Positions 18,201 through 28,368 of a DNA stretch of 64,000 nt are shown piece after piece. The position numbers and the translations under genes are program-made. How positions within the stretch are numbered: the stretch's first letter is position 1; the number at the start of each line of letters is the position of its first letter. A model generated the notes under the pieces. That model had not been told where the DNA came from. It saw only the letters and a list, made by a program, of their open reading frames with translations, and searched no databases. The stretch lies in IMG/VR virus record IMGVR_UViG_3300046167_000801. One strand, written 5' to 3'. This DNA is from a virus (Duplodnaviria; Caudoviricetes).

Positions 18201-21200
18201 ATCATATACAGATACGAACGAATTTGTAACGGGAGCAACTTTTAATGATGGAAATGGAATTGTTACATTCACAAGAAACAATGGTGGTGATACATTTACA
18301 GTTGATTTAGACGGTAGGTATTTGGAGTTTGAAACCAATGGTAATACTTCAGACGTTAATAATGTTACAAGAACAATATTCAGTGCTAATAATACTAATG
18401 GATCTACTTCAAATAGACCTGTTAATTGGTCAACTGTTTACACTTTAGGTGGTGGATATAACGCCTTACAGTTAGGAACCAATGAAGATTATTCTGAATC
18501 AGGATTATGGGTTAGACAATACAACGGTAACTCGGCATCTCCACAAGGATCTGGTTGGCAGAACTGGACTGAGGTTTGGACGACAAATCACTTCTCAGCA
18601 AATGATAGAAACAATTGGAATACGGCATATGGATGGGGAGACCATGGTACTGCGGGGTATTTGACTTCATTCACGGAGACTGACCCAGTATTCACATCCC
18701 ATGCCGCTTACGATATTACATCAACTCAAATAAGTAATTGGGATACAGCATATGGATGGGGTGATCATGGAAGTGCCGGATACCTTACATCATATAACGA
18801 TGAATATACAACAGGAGCTACTTTTAATGGTGGTAATGGTATTATTACTTTCACAAGAAATGATGGTGACACCTATACCGTAGACATCAGTTCAACACTT
18901 ACCGATATAAATGTCACTGGTGGTACATATAACGATGCTAACCAAACATTAACACTTAATAAATCAAATGGAAGTAGTGTGGATGTAACTGGATTTGCGG
19001 TGGACACTGTACTTCATACAACAGGTGCGACATTTAACAGTAGTAATGGTGTAATAACATTTACTAAAAATGGTGGAGATACATATACTGTTGATATTGA
19101 CGGTAGATTCTTGACAAGTTACACCGAAACACAAACATTAAATGACGTAACTACCTTAGGTGCGACAACGAGTAACGATCTACAAGTTGGTGGATTAACA
19201 ATATCCGATACATTCCCTTATTTGGATTTTGTAGATACTAATAGTTTTACTGACACTGCCGATAGGTTTAGAGTTAGAGCGGGTGGAAATAATGGTATGA
19301 TTCAATGGTCTGATTCTTCAGCAGGAACAGTAACCACTTTAATGACTTTCCTACCTGATGGTAAAATAACTATGGGTAATGGTATACAATTTACTGCCAC
19401 TGGTGGTGTAGATATGGGAACCAATACCATAACTGATGGTAAGGTTGCCCAATGGAACACAGCATATGGATGGGGAGATCACTCACAAGCAGGATACTTA
19501 ACAACATACAATAATGAGTACACCACAGGTGCAACATTCAATACAAGTAATGGTGTAATTACATTCACAAGAAACGATGGAGACCAATTTACTGTTGATA
19601 TCGATGGGAGATATTTAACTTCATTTACAGAAACAGACACCTTAAGTAGTGTAACATCAAGAGGAAATTCAACAAACAATTCTATTAGTGTTGGTGATTT
19701 CCTAGCATCTCACCAATCAGCACAGAACGCAACGACTAAGGCGGAGATGTTAAGTATGGGGGTTGCTAAGTTTAGACCCCATTCTACGAATTCGGGTACT
19801 TTAGCAATAGCACAAGTGGATGCGGGTAACTCAGTTGGTTTACAATTTACAAATGGTGCGGGTACCGCTGATTGGGACATGTCATTACAACCATTTGGAG
19901 GTAATGTTGGTATTAATAAGGTTAATCCTTCAGGTGCACTTCATGTATATAGTGGTACTTCAGAAAGATTCTTAGTTAGTGGCGATGTACATGTACAAGG
20001 TTCAACTGATTTAAATATTAATGGTGCAAGTAGAAGATTATCATTTACAAGTGGTACAGGTACTATTAGAACCACAACCGCAAACGAACTATACTTACAA
20101 ACAAACTCAACCACTGCAATTACCATAGATGCCAATCAAAACGTTGAAATTTCGGGTACTCTTTCTGCAAGTGGGTATAATAAAACAAATTGGGATACCG
20201 CATATGGATGGGGTGATCATTCACAAGCGGGATACGTAACCTCAAGTGGAAATACTATTATAGGTACGGACTCAGATATAAATACATCAGGTTCTTATGT
20301 TGTTGACCAATTAACAATGACTGATGGTGTAATAACAAGTCATTCTACAAGACAATTGTCAGAATTAAGGATTCCTGATACACGAGCGGCAGAAAAAACA
20401 CCTAATGAATATACCGATCAACACCTTTCGTTAGATTTTACCGATGAATATGGTTCTTTAGGTTCATGGTATAGTGGAATAACTTTAAAAGGTTGGACAG
20501 GTACATATGCGGCTTGGCAATTAATATCGGAAGCGGATAGTGGTATTGGAGATACAAACCTATATTTTAGACAGGGTAATGGTACTACTTGGCAATCTAT
20601 GAGAACCGTATGGACAAGTGCTAACTTTGCCAACAACTCATCTAATTGGAATACAGCGTATGGATGGGGAGATCACTCACAAGCGGGATACTTAACTTCA
20701 AGTTCAACTCAAAGTAAATACTTAAGAAGTGATACTGATGATACTACAACGGGAGCACTTACAATTGGTGAGGGTACTAACCAAGCAAGACTTATAATAA
20801 AGAAAGCGGATAACGACGTATCGGATCATATTGTATTTTATAATGGAACAACTCGTATTGGTGAGATTGGTGCACAAGATGATACATGGTTAAGAATTAA
20901 TCAAAACACAAGTAAAAATATATACACACCAAGATACATAAGAGCCGACGCAGGTTTCTTTGTTGATGGTACAAGTAAAGGTATTAATGGGTCGGGTAAT
21001 TTCATCGGTGGTACTATTGCAGGTGCAAGTGACGCGAACGTAACTAATTGGGATACCGCATATGAATGGGGAGATCATTCACAAGAGGGTTATTTAACCT
21101 CTTATAATGATGAGTATACCACAGGTGCAACATTTAATGGTGGTAATGGTATAATCACATTTACAAGAAATGATGGAGATCAGTACACTGTTGATATTAG

Positions 21201-24006
21201 TAGTACTTTAACTGATATAAATGTCACTGGTGGTACATATAATGACGCTAACCAAACATTAACACTTAATAAATCAAATGGAAGTAGTGTAGATGTTACG
21301 GGGTTCGCAGTCGATACGGTTTTACATACAACAGGTGCAACATTTAACAGTGGTAATGGTGTTGTAACTTTTACTAAGAATGGTGGAGACACATATACTG
21401 TTGATTTAGATGGTAGATATTTAACTTCAGAATCTAACAGTTTCTTGGGTGATGGTGGATCTGCAAATACTCACCCTGGCACAAATAAGGTAATATTTAC
21501 AGGTCAAGTAAGTGCAGGTTCAGGAGCATTGGGGATGCCTACCGTAGATAATTCAAATGCATTCTTAAATATTAATAGACACTCAGGTGAATACAATAGT
21601 CAGTTAGGGTTTAGTTCTAACGGTAACATATATTATAGAAAGTTTAGTGCGGCGGCAATAAACTCAACTCAAGCATGGTTACAAGTTTATCATTCAGGTA
21701 ATTTCACCAACAACTCAAGTAATTGGAATACAGCGTATGGATGGGGTGATCACAGTACTGCAGGATACATAACTTCTCAAGCGACAGACTTTGTGTCCAA
21801 ATCAAGTGGTGGTCAGTTTGATGGTTTAATCACAATTAAAGAGGATACAAATACATCAACAACCGCCGGTAAGAGTTTATTAACGTTACATAACGAAAAT
21901 TCTGATATATCACAACAACAGTCTTTTATTGATTTTAAGTTTACTGACACTAACGCAAATTACACACCACAAGTACGTATAGGTGCACAGGTTGGTCCAG
22001 ATGCGGACGCAAACGCAATGTCTAAAGAAGGTGCGGGTTCGTTTGTGGTATATACTGCACCTGTTGGTAGTGATGAGTTAGGTAATAGTAGTGGTTTAGC
22101 GGAACAGTTCAGAGTTAGTTACAATGGAACGGTTACTGCACAAGGTCAGATAGTAGCGACAGGTGGTAACTCAGGTAATTGGAATACAGCGTATGGATGG
22201 GGAGATCATTCACAAGTGGGATATCTAACAAGTAGTTCAACACAATCAAAATATCTAAGAACTGATGTTGACGACACTATAGAAAGTGGAAGTATTATAT
22301 CATTTAAAACCGCTGCTGGTACTACGAGAGGATTTTTACAATCGACAGACACAAATGACGAACATTTCATTATTGCCACATCGGGAGGTGAAGACATTGC
22401 ATTTAAGGATGGTGGTGTAGCTGGTACTACTAACATGGTAATTAGAGGTGACGGTAACGTTGTTGTAACAGGTAGTGTAACCGCATCAGGAGGAAACTCA
22501 GGTAATTGGAATACAGCGTATGGATGGGGTGATCATTCACAAGAAGGTTATATAAAAAGTTTTGATAATGATATTGACTATATAAATTCAGCATCATTCG
22601 ATACAGGTACGGGTGTTATCACAGGTACAGGTGTGGGTAATGCAGGGTTCACTGTCGATATTGATGGTAGGTATTTAAAAATATCAGATAAGGCCGCGGA
22701 TTCAGATAAACTTGATGGTATTGATTCTTCAGAGTTTTTAAGAAGTAACACGGCGGACACTTTCACAGGTACTATAACAATGGGTACTCAAAAGGCGTTA
22801 GTGGCTAATAACTATGGACGAGGTGTTTATGGTATATATTCCTCAACAAGATACCAACACGTATGGTCTATGGGTACGAGTTATAATCTCTCAGATGACG
22901 GTACAAGTGCAGGTAATTTATACGGATTAGCGTTTACACACACAAATGTTGGTGGAGAATCTAAATCAGGTTTAGATCATCAAATGTTAATAATGAGGAA
23001 TGGTACTACTGTATCTGCCATTGGGGCGGGTATATGGACAGATGGTACTATAACAACAACATCCCATGGTAATTCATCACAATGGAACACCGCATATGGA
23101 TGGGGTAACCACGCAAGTGCTGGTTACGCATCTTCATCACACACACACTCGACGAGTGATATTACAAGTGGTACATTTGTAGCGGCGAGATTCTCGCAGA
23201 GTACGAGATACAACATAGGTCTTATCCTTGGATACAGTTCTCAAACAAGAGATAAAATAAGAGTTTGGGATTCAAGTGAGTATTCGATTGGTATGAAGAA
23301 TGGGTATGATTACGGTCATATAGGATCAGGTGAATACGCAATGTCATTCCAAATGAGTAATACCGCCGGTAGAGGTTGGTGGTGGGGAGACACCTCACAT
23401 ACCGATGACCAAGGAGCCGCGTCAATCACCACCGAAGGTAAAATGGTTATTGCAAAATCACTATCAGTTGGTCAGGGTGAGACGATAACAAACCCAAGTG
23501 ACACACCATTATATGTTGAAGGTACAACTGCAGGTGAAACAGTATTCGAGGTACAAGGTACAAGTGGTCAGTTATTCTCAATAACAGATAGTTTAATAGG
23601 GGACATATTTGAAGTATCCGACATATCGGGTATACCAATCTTAACTGTTAATTCTTCAGGTGTAGTAACTGTAGACGATACTTTACATGTAACGGGAGAT
23701 GTTATTGCATACTACGCATCCGATAAGAGATTGAAAGACAATATTAAACCTATTGAAAACGCAATTGATAAAATAAAAATGATTGGTGGTTATGAGTTCG
23801 ATTGGAATTCAAACTCAAAAAATAACAATGGTCATGATGTGGGTGTTATTGCACAAGAAATAGAAGAAGTATTACCTGAACTTGTTGGAACAAGAAGTGA
23901 TGGTTATAAAGGTGTTAAGTACGAAAAACTAACAGCACTACTAATACAATCAAATAAAGAATTAATTGCGAGAGTAGAAGAACTCGAATCTAAACTAAAG
24001 AAATAG
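15202..24006 (+). CDS. Giant modular tail fibre 1 with C-terminal peptidase S74 intramolecular chaperone (2934 aa)
   Basis: Mtd_N-like N-terminus (KLRRS..GKIP....GELSMNTTDGK); coiled-coil shaft; repeated beta modules and knob-like domains; S74 signature ASDKRLKDNIKPI...GVIAQEIEEVLPELV...YEKLTALLI. Confidence 0.88.
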   Translation: MGQTVKLRRSAISGKIPINSQLLLGELSMNTTDGKIFLSKSGSNGPSVEEVIITNTQNFGNIDLVGDLTATNISSSFIGDGGGLYNIPASGVTGLSLDRIASSTSTASIDADGLHINTDTTVTGSLTATEFTGSGLGLTDVPIKISGSDAGSTSIDSTFTRIKFDDSTGIKISGTTGGDAVVFLSGVASESDGGEGKTAKLEVTSATSTWTLNHNLNEKHPSIEVFDSNDEVIIPQKIEATSVNQVVVSFASPQTGTVTATVGGGLPSIDSGYENRVLSVDNNGIATWKTGILSGSIDFSTLVDTGSFNTYTSSNDNTNSNQNGRLDSLEEFTSSIDDTYATDNDVTTLRTDLNTYTSSTDGRLDSLETTSGSSNLRLDYIESVTSSHHGRLNSLETISGSHDGRLDSIESKTGSFLVSNDLSTIEGKIGSLETTSGSHEGKLSSLETTSGSHDGRLDSLETTSGSHDGRLTDLETFETKVDTGLEFTGSNVTIKGNLLVKGTETRVDSTTVDIDDNILSLNGSGAANAGIEVRDTESPGVLSGSLIYDTGENTWKAGTKGSEERLLINSDLTTLDGRLDSLESTSGSHEDRIDRIEISTSSLNSFTSSINTTIKGKLNNDGVISGSIQIDHDATTNYVGNEHIDHSSITIGSGKGLTGGGTIDTNRSLTLDTGSVHFLSGVKSKLNTETVVSGSAQIDITGTTNYNLVDGRLDSIESFTSSIDLTYATDDDVTDLRNDLNTYTSSNDDTNSTQNGRLDSIESSTGSYLTSYNDEYTTGATFSTSNGVVTFTRNDGDQYTVDLDGRYLTSFTETDPIFTAHAVYDITSTQIGNWDTAYGWGDHSQEGYLTTYNNEYTTGATFNGSNGIITFTRNDGDTYTLNISSTLTDINVTGGTYNDSTQTLRLNKSNGTSIDVTGFAVDTVLHTTGATFNSSNGVVTFTKNGGDTYTVDLDGRYLTSFTETDPIFTAHAVYDITSTQISNWDTAYGWGNHASAGYLTSYTDTNEFVTGATFNDGNGIVTFTRNNGGDTFTVDLDGRYLEFETNGNTSDVNNVTRTIFSANNTNGSTSNRPVNWSTVYTLGGGYNALQLGTNEDYSESGLWVRQYNGNSASPQGSGWQNWTEVWTTNHFSANDRNNWNTAYGWGDHGTAGYLTSFTETDPVFTSHAAYDITSTQISNWDTAYGWGDHGSAGYLTSYNDEYTTGATFNGGNGIITFTRNDGDTYTVDISSTLTDINVTGGTYNDANQTLTLNKSNGSSVDVTGFAVDTVLHTTGATFNSSNGVITFTKNGGDTYTVDIDGRFLTSYTETQTLNDVTTLGATTSNDLQVGGLTISDTFPYLDFVDTNSFTDTADRFRVRAGGNNGMIQWSDSSAGTVTTLMTFLPDGKITMGNGIQFTATGGVDMGTNTITDGKVAQWNTAYGWGDHSQAGYLTTYNNEYTTGATFNTSNGVITFTRNDGDQFTVDIDGRYLTSFTETDTLSSVTSRGNSTNNSISVGDFLASHQSAQNATTKAEMLSMGVAKFRPHSTNSGTLAIAQVDAGNSVGLQFTNGAGTADWDMSLQPFGGNVGINKVNPSGALHVYSGTSERFLVSGDVHVQGSTDLNINGASRRLSFTSGTGTIRTTTANELYLQTNSTTAITIDANQNVEISGTLSASGYNKTNWDTAYGWGDHSQAGYVTSSGNTIIGTDSDINTSGSYVVDQLTMTDGVITSHSTRQLSELRIPDTRAAEKTPNEYTDQHLSLDFTDEYGSLGSWYSGITLKGWTGTYAAWQLISEADSGIGDTNLYFRQGNGTTWQSMRTVWTSANFANNSSNWNTAYGWGDHSQAGYLTSSSTQSKYLRSDTDDTTTGALTIGEGTNQARLIIKKADNDVSDHIVFYNGTTRIGEIGAQDDTWLRINQNTSKNIYTPRYIRADAGFFVDGTSKGINGSGNFIGGTIAGASDANVTNWDTAYEWGDHSQEGYLTSYNDEYTTGATFNGGNGIITFTRNDGDQYTVDISSTLTDINVTGGTYNDANQTLTLNKSNGSSVDVTGFAVDTVLHTTGATFNSGNGVVTFTKNGGDTYTVDLDGRYLTSESNSFLGDGGSANTHPGTNKVIFTGQVSAGSGALGMPTVDNSNAFLNINRHSGEYNSQLGFSSNGNIYYRKFSAAAINSTQAWLQVYHSGNFTNNSSNWNTAYGWGDHSTAGYITSQATDFVSKSSGGQFDGLITIKEDTNTSTTAGKSLLTLHNENSDISQQQSFIDFKFTDTNANYTPQVRIGAQVGPDADANAMSKEGAGSFVVYTAPVGSDELGNSSGLAEQFRVSYNGTVTAQGQIVATGGNSGNWNTAYGWGDHSQVGYLTSSSTQSKYLRTDVDDTIESGSIISFKTAAGTTRGFLQSTDTNDEHFIIATSGGEDIAFKDGGVAGTTNMVIRGDGNVVVTGSVTASGGNSGNWNTAYGWGDHSQEGYIKSFDNDIDYINSASFDTGTGVITGTGVGNAGFTVDIDGRYLKISDKAADSDKLDGIDSSEFLRSNTADTFTGTITMGTQKALVANNYGRGVYGIYSSTRYQHVWSMGTSYNLSDDGTSAGNLYGLAFTHTNVGGESKSGLDHQMLIMRNGTTVSAIGAGIWTDGTITTTSHGNSSQWNTAYGWGNHASAGYASSSHTHSTSDITSGTFVAARFSQSTRYNIGLILGYSSQTRDKIRVWDSSEYSIGMKNGYDYGHIGSGEYAMSFQMSNTAGRGWWWGDTSHTDDQGAASITTEGKMVIAKSLSVGQGETITNPSDTPLYVEGTTAGETVFEVQGTSGQLFSITDSLIGDIFEVSDISGIPILTVNSSGVVTVDDTLHVTGDVIAYYASDKRLKDNIKPIENAIDKIKMIGGYEFDWNSNSKNNNGHDVGVIAQEIEEVLPELVGTRSDGYKGVKYEKLTALLIQSNKELIARVEELESKLKK
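16260..16650 (+). repeat. 14-aa coiled-coil repeats GRLDSLETTSGSHD in fibre 1
   Basis: About eight tandem or near-tandem units in the translation. Confidence 0.85.
17700..23115 (+). repeat. Twelve dispersed W(D/N)TAYGWG(D/N)H junction repeats in fibre 1
   Basis: TAY codon starts at 17713, 18163, 18628, 18751, 19465, 20203, 20659, 21061, 21736, 22192, 22519 and 23095; a 26-bp stretch is identical at 20644, 21721, 22177 and 22504. Confidence 0.92.
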
Positions 24007-25179
24007 ATGGGAATTCATAGAGGACCAAATATGGAAAAAGGTGGATTAGTATTCGGATATGATAGTGGACACGGTGTGTGCGACAATCACACGAGTAGTA
24101 GGTTTTACCAAGGTAAACCCACAACTAATACTTGGAATAAAAACTCACATAGTTACACCAGTGGGAATATAACCGCCACAAGAAATGCAACACCACCCGT
24201 ACCACCACCACTTGAAGCACAAGGGTTTGAAGTTTATAAGTTACAATCTAACGATGGTGGATTAAATCAAGGTATAATGGGAACCTCTAACGTAGTAAAT
24301 GGTGTGGGTGGTAATTATGTCCATAGTGTTTACTGTTATTTAGAATCAGGAACAATCGTAACGGTGGGTCAACATTGGAATCCATGGGCGTATGGTGACA
24401 CACAAAATCCACCTTTAGGTAGGTGGGTAAGGTTATCTCAAACAGTTACTAATGATGTTAATAATTACGGTAATGTTGCAAACGCATATAGAACCAACGG
24501 AGTTGCTTACTTTACGGCACCTCAATATGAATTAGGAAGTGTCGTAACCCCACATGTGGATGGTGACCGACCATCAACAGAGTCACTCATAGATCTAAAA
24601 AGAACAACAGATATTGATATGTCTAACCTATCGTTTGATTCAACAGGACAACCTACTTTTGATGGTACAAACGATTATCTTGTTACTTATGAGGACTTTC
24701 TAATAAAGGGAGATCAAACATGGGAAATTGTAGCTATGTCTACAGGAGCCCCCGACTCACCTGCGGGTATACTAACAAATCACCACTTTCAGTCTCCACA
24801 ATCTAATTTTGGAATAAACTATGTAAGTGGAAGTAGGTTAGGTGCCTCTATTGGATATACAAATGGGTCAAGAGAATATGCGTCCAAAAACACATCTTAC
24901 GTTATTCAAGAGAATGTACCATTTCATGCCGTATTAAAATACGACTCATCTAATAACACAATAGAGTGGTTTATAAATGGAGTATCAGATTCGACGTATA
25001 GTCTTTCATCAACTCCCAATTTTATACCTCAACCCATATGTTCAGGTAGATGGACACCAATATATAATGATTATTATTTTAATGGTGCGGTGTATGTTGG
25101 TAAAGTATATGGTAGAGCACTCACATCCGACGAGATAAAACAAAATTATAACAGCTATAAAAACAGATTTAACTTATAA
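24007..25179 (+). CDS. LamG/concanavalin A-like lectin domain protein (390 aa)
   Basis: N-terminal GPN...GLVFGYD; FDGTNDY; HAVLKYD...WFING; YGRALTSDEIKQNYNSYKNRFNL. Confidence 0.85.
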   Translation: MGIHRGPNMEKGGLVFGYDSGHGVCDNHTSSRFYQGKPTTNTWNKNSHSYTSGNITATRNATPPVPPPLEAQGFEVYKLQSNDGGLNQGIMGTSNVVNGVGGNYVHSVYCYLESGTIVTVGQHWNPWAYGDTQNPPLGRWVRLSQTVTNDVNNYGNVANAYRTNGVAYFTAPQYELGSVVTPHVDGDRPSTESLIDLKRTTDIDMSNLSFDSTGQPTFDGTNDYLVTYEDFLIKGDQTWEIVAMSTGAPDSPAGILTNHHFQSPQSNFGINYVSGSRLGASIGYTNGSREYASKNTSYVIQENVPFHAVLKYDSSNNTIEWFINGVSDSTYSLSSTPNFIPQPICSGRWTPIYNDYYFNGAVYVGKVYGRALTSDEIKQNYNSYKNRFNL

Positions 25180-25183
25180 CGAT

Positions 25184-25516
25184 ATGTACGAAAACAGAAG
25201 ATGGTTAGTAATACCAACAACATTAATAGATACAATTGATTTCAATCAAGTACTTGAGTCATCATCAGAATCATTAAGATTTTCTGTAGATGGTTCAAAA
25301 ACTTTTATTAAATATGAGGTTAATGTGGTAACAGAAGAATATAATGAGGAATATCAAGACGCCGAAGACCCTACAATAATTTATACTAATACAATAGAAG
25401 TTGGAGTTTATGGTAGACCTTCAATTTATTCTGAAGAGTACCAAGAATATAACCACAAGGAAATCTTAGAATTATTAAGGTCTCCTGAGTGGAGCCCAAG
25501 TAATGATATTCAATAA
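25184..25516 (+). CDS. Conserved phage hypothetical protein among LamG genes (110 aa)
   Basis: IDFNQVLESS.ESLRFSVDG.KTFIKY pattern and terminal W..; possibly a fibre assembly factor (inference). Confidence 0.65.
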   Translation: MYENRRWLVIPTTLIDTIDFNQVLESSSESLRFSVDGSKTFIKYEVNVVTEEYNEEYQDAEDPTIIYTNTIEVGVYGRPSIYSEEYQEYNHKEILELLRSPEWSPSNDIQ

Positions 25517-25518
25517 AG

Positions 25519-26751
25519 ATGGGTGTATCGTCAGGTCCTAAAATAAAGAGAGATGGGTTGGTAATTTCCTTAGACTCGGGAAGTTCAATACGAGGGTTCA
25601 CACCTAACGGTACATATTCTGCGGATAACATTATTAAAAATTTAATTGATAAGAGTGAATACCCAAGTACCTTCTCTCCACACTTAACTGATGCACAATA
25701 TTATACTTTATATGCCATAACTTACCCTGAAGGTAACTATAGTCCCGCAAATAGAGATGGTGTCACACCAGGTTATAACGTACAATTCGGAAGTATGACT
25801 TATGGTGCTAGTAGGTCACTTAACTATTATGTTCATGATGGAGTTGATTGGGTACCTGATTCCTATTTCACAGGAATGAGAATAAATGGTCATTGTTATG
25901 ATTTATATTCATCTACGGATTATGTTAGTGAGTCAAATAAATTTTTAGATGATTATGAGATAATCAAATCAAATTTTCCTGATGCTACTCACGTAATAAT
26001 TGCAAGTCATGCAAATGATAGATATGATGTTACGGGAATTAGAGAGACTTTGGTGGATTTGGGGGCACCTAAAGAAGTTTTAACATGGGCAAATGGAAGG
26101 AGAGAATTTGTTTTAGTTGGTAGACCTGGTTTAGGTGCAGGAAATGCATTCGGATGGGGTTATGAGAATGAATCGGGAGGTGCGGTTGCACATTTAAATA
26201 GTGTAATACCCTATGAAACCCCTACTGCGAATTTTACTTTTGATGGAACTAATGAGTTTATTGATTTCGGGAGTGATATAATGTTATCACCAAATAATAA
26301 AGGATGGACAGCCGAATATGTTTTTTATACTCATAGTGCGTCCACCTTACAACATTTTAACTCTGCGGAAGCGGACGATTTTAACGCTAATTGGTTAGCA
26401 ATATACCAATCGAAATTAGCGGTTTGGGATCATGGGCAAGGGGTATGGAAATATGGTAACACGGTATTTAATAGTGATACTTGGTACCATGTTGCGTTCG
26501 TCCAAAAATCAGGAACTAGTATGCAGTACTATGTTAATGGTGAACCTGAGGGGGGTGACCACACGTCGTTTTCCTTTTCATCAAGTTTTAGTGCTTTGAA
26601 AACAAGATACGTTGGTAGATATGAATATAATGGTGGTTATTCAAGATATTTTAACGGTGAGATGCCGGTAATCAAACTGTACAAACAACCTTTAGATGAT
26701 AACCAAATTAAAAGAAATTTTAATTCTTATAAAAGAAGATTTAATATATAA
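25519..26751 (+). CDS. LamG lectin protein with inserted ILEI/PANDER-like domain (410 aa)
   Basis: GPKIKRDGLVISLD start; insert HVIIASH..D....IRETLVDLGA....R.EFVLVGRPG; LamG core FDGTNEFI...WYHVAFV...YYVNG...LYKQPL. Confidence 0.75.
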   Translation: MGVSSGPKIKRDGLVISLDSGSSIRGFTPNGTYSADNIIKNLIDKSEYPSTFSPHLTDAQYYTLYAITYPEGNYSPANRDGVTPGYNVQFGSMTYGASRSLNYYVHDGVDWVPDSYFTGMRINGHCYDLYSSTDYVSESNKFLDDYEIIKSNFPDATHVIIASHANDRYDVTGIRETLVDLGAPKEVLTWANGRREFVLVGRPGLGAGNAFGWGYENESGGAVAHLNSVIPYETPTANFTFDGTNEFIDFGSDIMLSPNNKGWTAEYVFYTHSASTLQHFNSAEADDFNANWLAIYQSKLAVWDHGQGVWKYGNTVFNSDTWYHVAFVQKSGTSMQYYVNGEPEGGDHTSFSFSSSFSALKTRYVGRYEYNGGYSRYFNGEMPVIKLYKQPLDDNQIKRNFNSYKRRFNI

Positions 26752-28130
26752 TGAATATAGGATCAAAAATACATACAGACAACTTAGTATTATCGGTGGA
26801 TGCTCAAAGTATAAGATCGACATTAAGGAATTTACAAACAAGTAACATTCTTACAGATCCGGGGTTTTGGCAAACAGGTACTGGAGGTTTTACGGGGTAT
26901 GGTTCTAATGGAAGTTCCACCGAACAATTAAGGGCGGTAATTTCTGATGATCCTTGGGGTAGACAATCGGTTATTTGGAGAACAACACCCGATGCAACTT
27001 CAGGTGCTGATGGTGGTTGGAATAGTAGTTATTATAATGTTGATGTACAATACACTTACAGGTATTCTGTTTGGGTTAGACGACATACTTCAGGAACGGG
27101 AGGTACCTTTTACATGGGAATGAACCCAAACCCAATAAGAAATGATAACGGATCCTCTCAAGGTAATCCTTATTTTACATACCCATCAATTTCAAATTTA
27201 ATACATAATCAATGGTATTTGGTGGTTGCTCACGTATTTTATGCGGGTTATAGTGGTGGTAGACATCCTAAATCGGGGTGGTATGAAAATGGGACTAAAA
27301 TAAGTGATAAAAGTTATGGTAATTGTGGTGATCAAGACACCAGATGGAATGAAACAACCACATCGGCACAACACAGAACTTATCATTTTTATACAACAAA
27401 CACGTCATCGGGGCTTGAATTTGCATATCCAAGAATCGACAAAATTGACGGTAATGAACCAACAATTGAACAATTATTATTTAGGGGGGAATCAAGTTTT
27501 AAAAGTTTAGGATCGGACAAACAATATATGACACCTAATAACTCGGGAGAGTTTTCAAGTATGAGAGATGGTTATAGACAATTAAACTATTTTGATATGG
27601 ACGGTACTGATGATTATATTTCGGTGGATCCAATTACATATTCACCATCACAAAGTTGGACTGCGGAAGTGGTATTTAACCCTTGGGATGTTAATGATGG
27701 TAGTTGGTCTGGTATATTCGGAGGAGACTTAGGTAATGGTGGATATTGGATGTTTCATAGTAATCAATTGACATACTATGAAGGTTACAATGGTAGTTCC
27801 CAAATAAAATACACTGGTTGGACTAAGGCGTCGGTTTTCCCTCAAGGTAGATTCTATCATCTAACCATTGTTTATGAATCTACAGGATCTAATCAAGGAA
27901 CATTTACATTATATAAGAATGGTAATGAAAAAACAACAACGTTTGGTTGGACGTTCACTCATGGAGAAAGTCTAGGTTTACATTCTTTAGGAAGAGGAGC
28001 AACTAATAGACCAGGTACTAATGATATTTTATCATTTAGATTATGGAGTAAAAATTTAAGTTCAGATCAAGTTCAAGAGAACTATGATGCACAAAAAAAT
28101 AAAATTAATATGGGTACTTATCCGGTTTAA
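26751..28130 (+). CDS. LamG lectin protein with large insertion (459 aa)
   Basis: NLVLSVDA start; FDMDGTDDYI; FYHLTIVY...LYKNG; LWSKNLSSDQVQENYDA. Confidence 0.8.
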   Translation: MNIGSKIHTDNLVLSVDAQSIRSTLRNLQTSNILTDPGFWQTGTGGFTGYGSNGSSTEQLRAVISDDPWGRQSVIWRTTPDATSGADGGWNSSYYNVDVQYTYRYSVWVRRHTSGTGGTFYMGMNPNPIRNDNGSSQGNPYFTYPSISNLIHNQWYLVVAHVFYAGYSGGRHPKSGWYENGTKISDKSYGNCGDQDTRWNETTTSAQHRTYHFYTTNTSSGLEFAYPRIDKIDGNEPTIEQLLFRGESSFKSLGSDKQYMTPNNSGEFSSMRDGYRQLNYFDMDGTDDYISVDPITYSPSQSWTAEVVFNPWDVNDGSWSGIFGGDLGNGGYWMFHSNQLTYYEGYNGSSQIKYTGWTKASVFPQGRFYHLTIVYESTGSNQGTFTLYKNGNEKTTTFGWTFTHGESLGLHSLGRGATNRPGTNDILSFRLWSKNLSSDQVQENYDAQKNKINMGTYPV

Positions 28131-28144
28131 AAAAGTAAAGTGAT

Positions 28145-28366
28145 ATGGGAATAATACCAGCAACAGGGTCAGAAGTAAGTATGGGTAGAATATCTAGAGC
28201 ATTAGGTACTTCTACATCATATCCACCCCCATCACAAATTAAACTTAACGGTACTTTAGGTATTAATAGAAGTAATGCTATTACAAACATATCATCTATC
28301 ATATCAGGGTCTTCAACTGAAGAGTCGGGTGATTTCGGGGGGTTAGATACACCGAACAACTATTAA
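28145..28366 (+). CDS. Small tail-fibre-associated protein (73 aa)
   Basis: IPATGSEVSMGRISRALG resembles the LPxSGxISxxxIxxxLG start of small phage fibre-tip proteins (from memory). Confidence 0.55.
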   Translation: MGIIPATGSEVSMGRISRALGTSTSYPPPSQIKLNGTLGINRSNAITNISSIISGSSTEESGDFGGLDTPNNY

Positions 28367-28368
28367 CC

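Noticed and set aside
17700-23115. CRISPR array formed by the 26-35 bp YGWG repeats
   Set aside because: Spacing varies from about 120 to over 900 bp, the repeats are in-frame coding sequence, and no cas genes are present.
24004-24009. In-frame TAG-ATG junction allowing readthrough fusion of fibre 1 to the first LamG gene
   Set aside because: A single instance with no readthrough signal; the S74 domain ends normally and the LamG gene has the same N-terminus as its free-standing paralogues.
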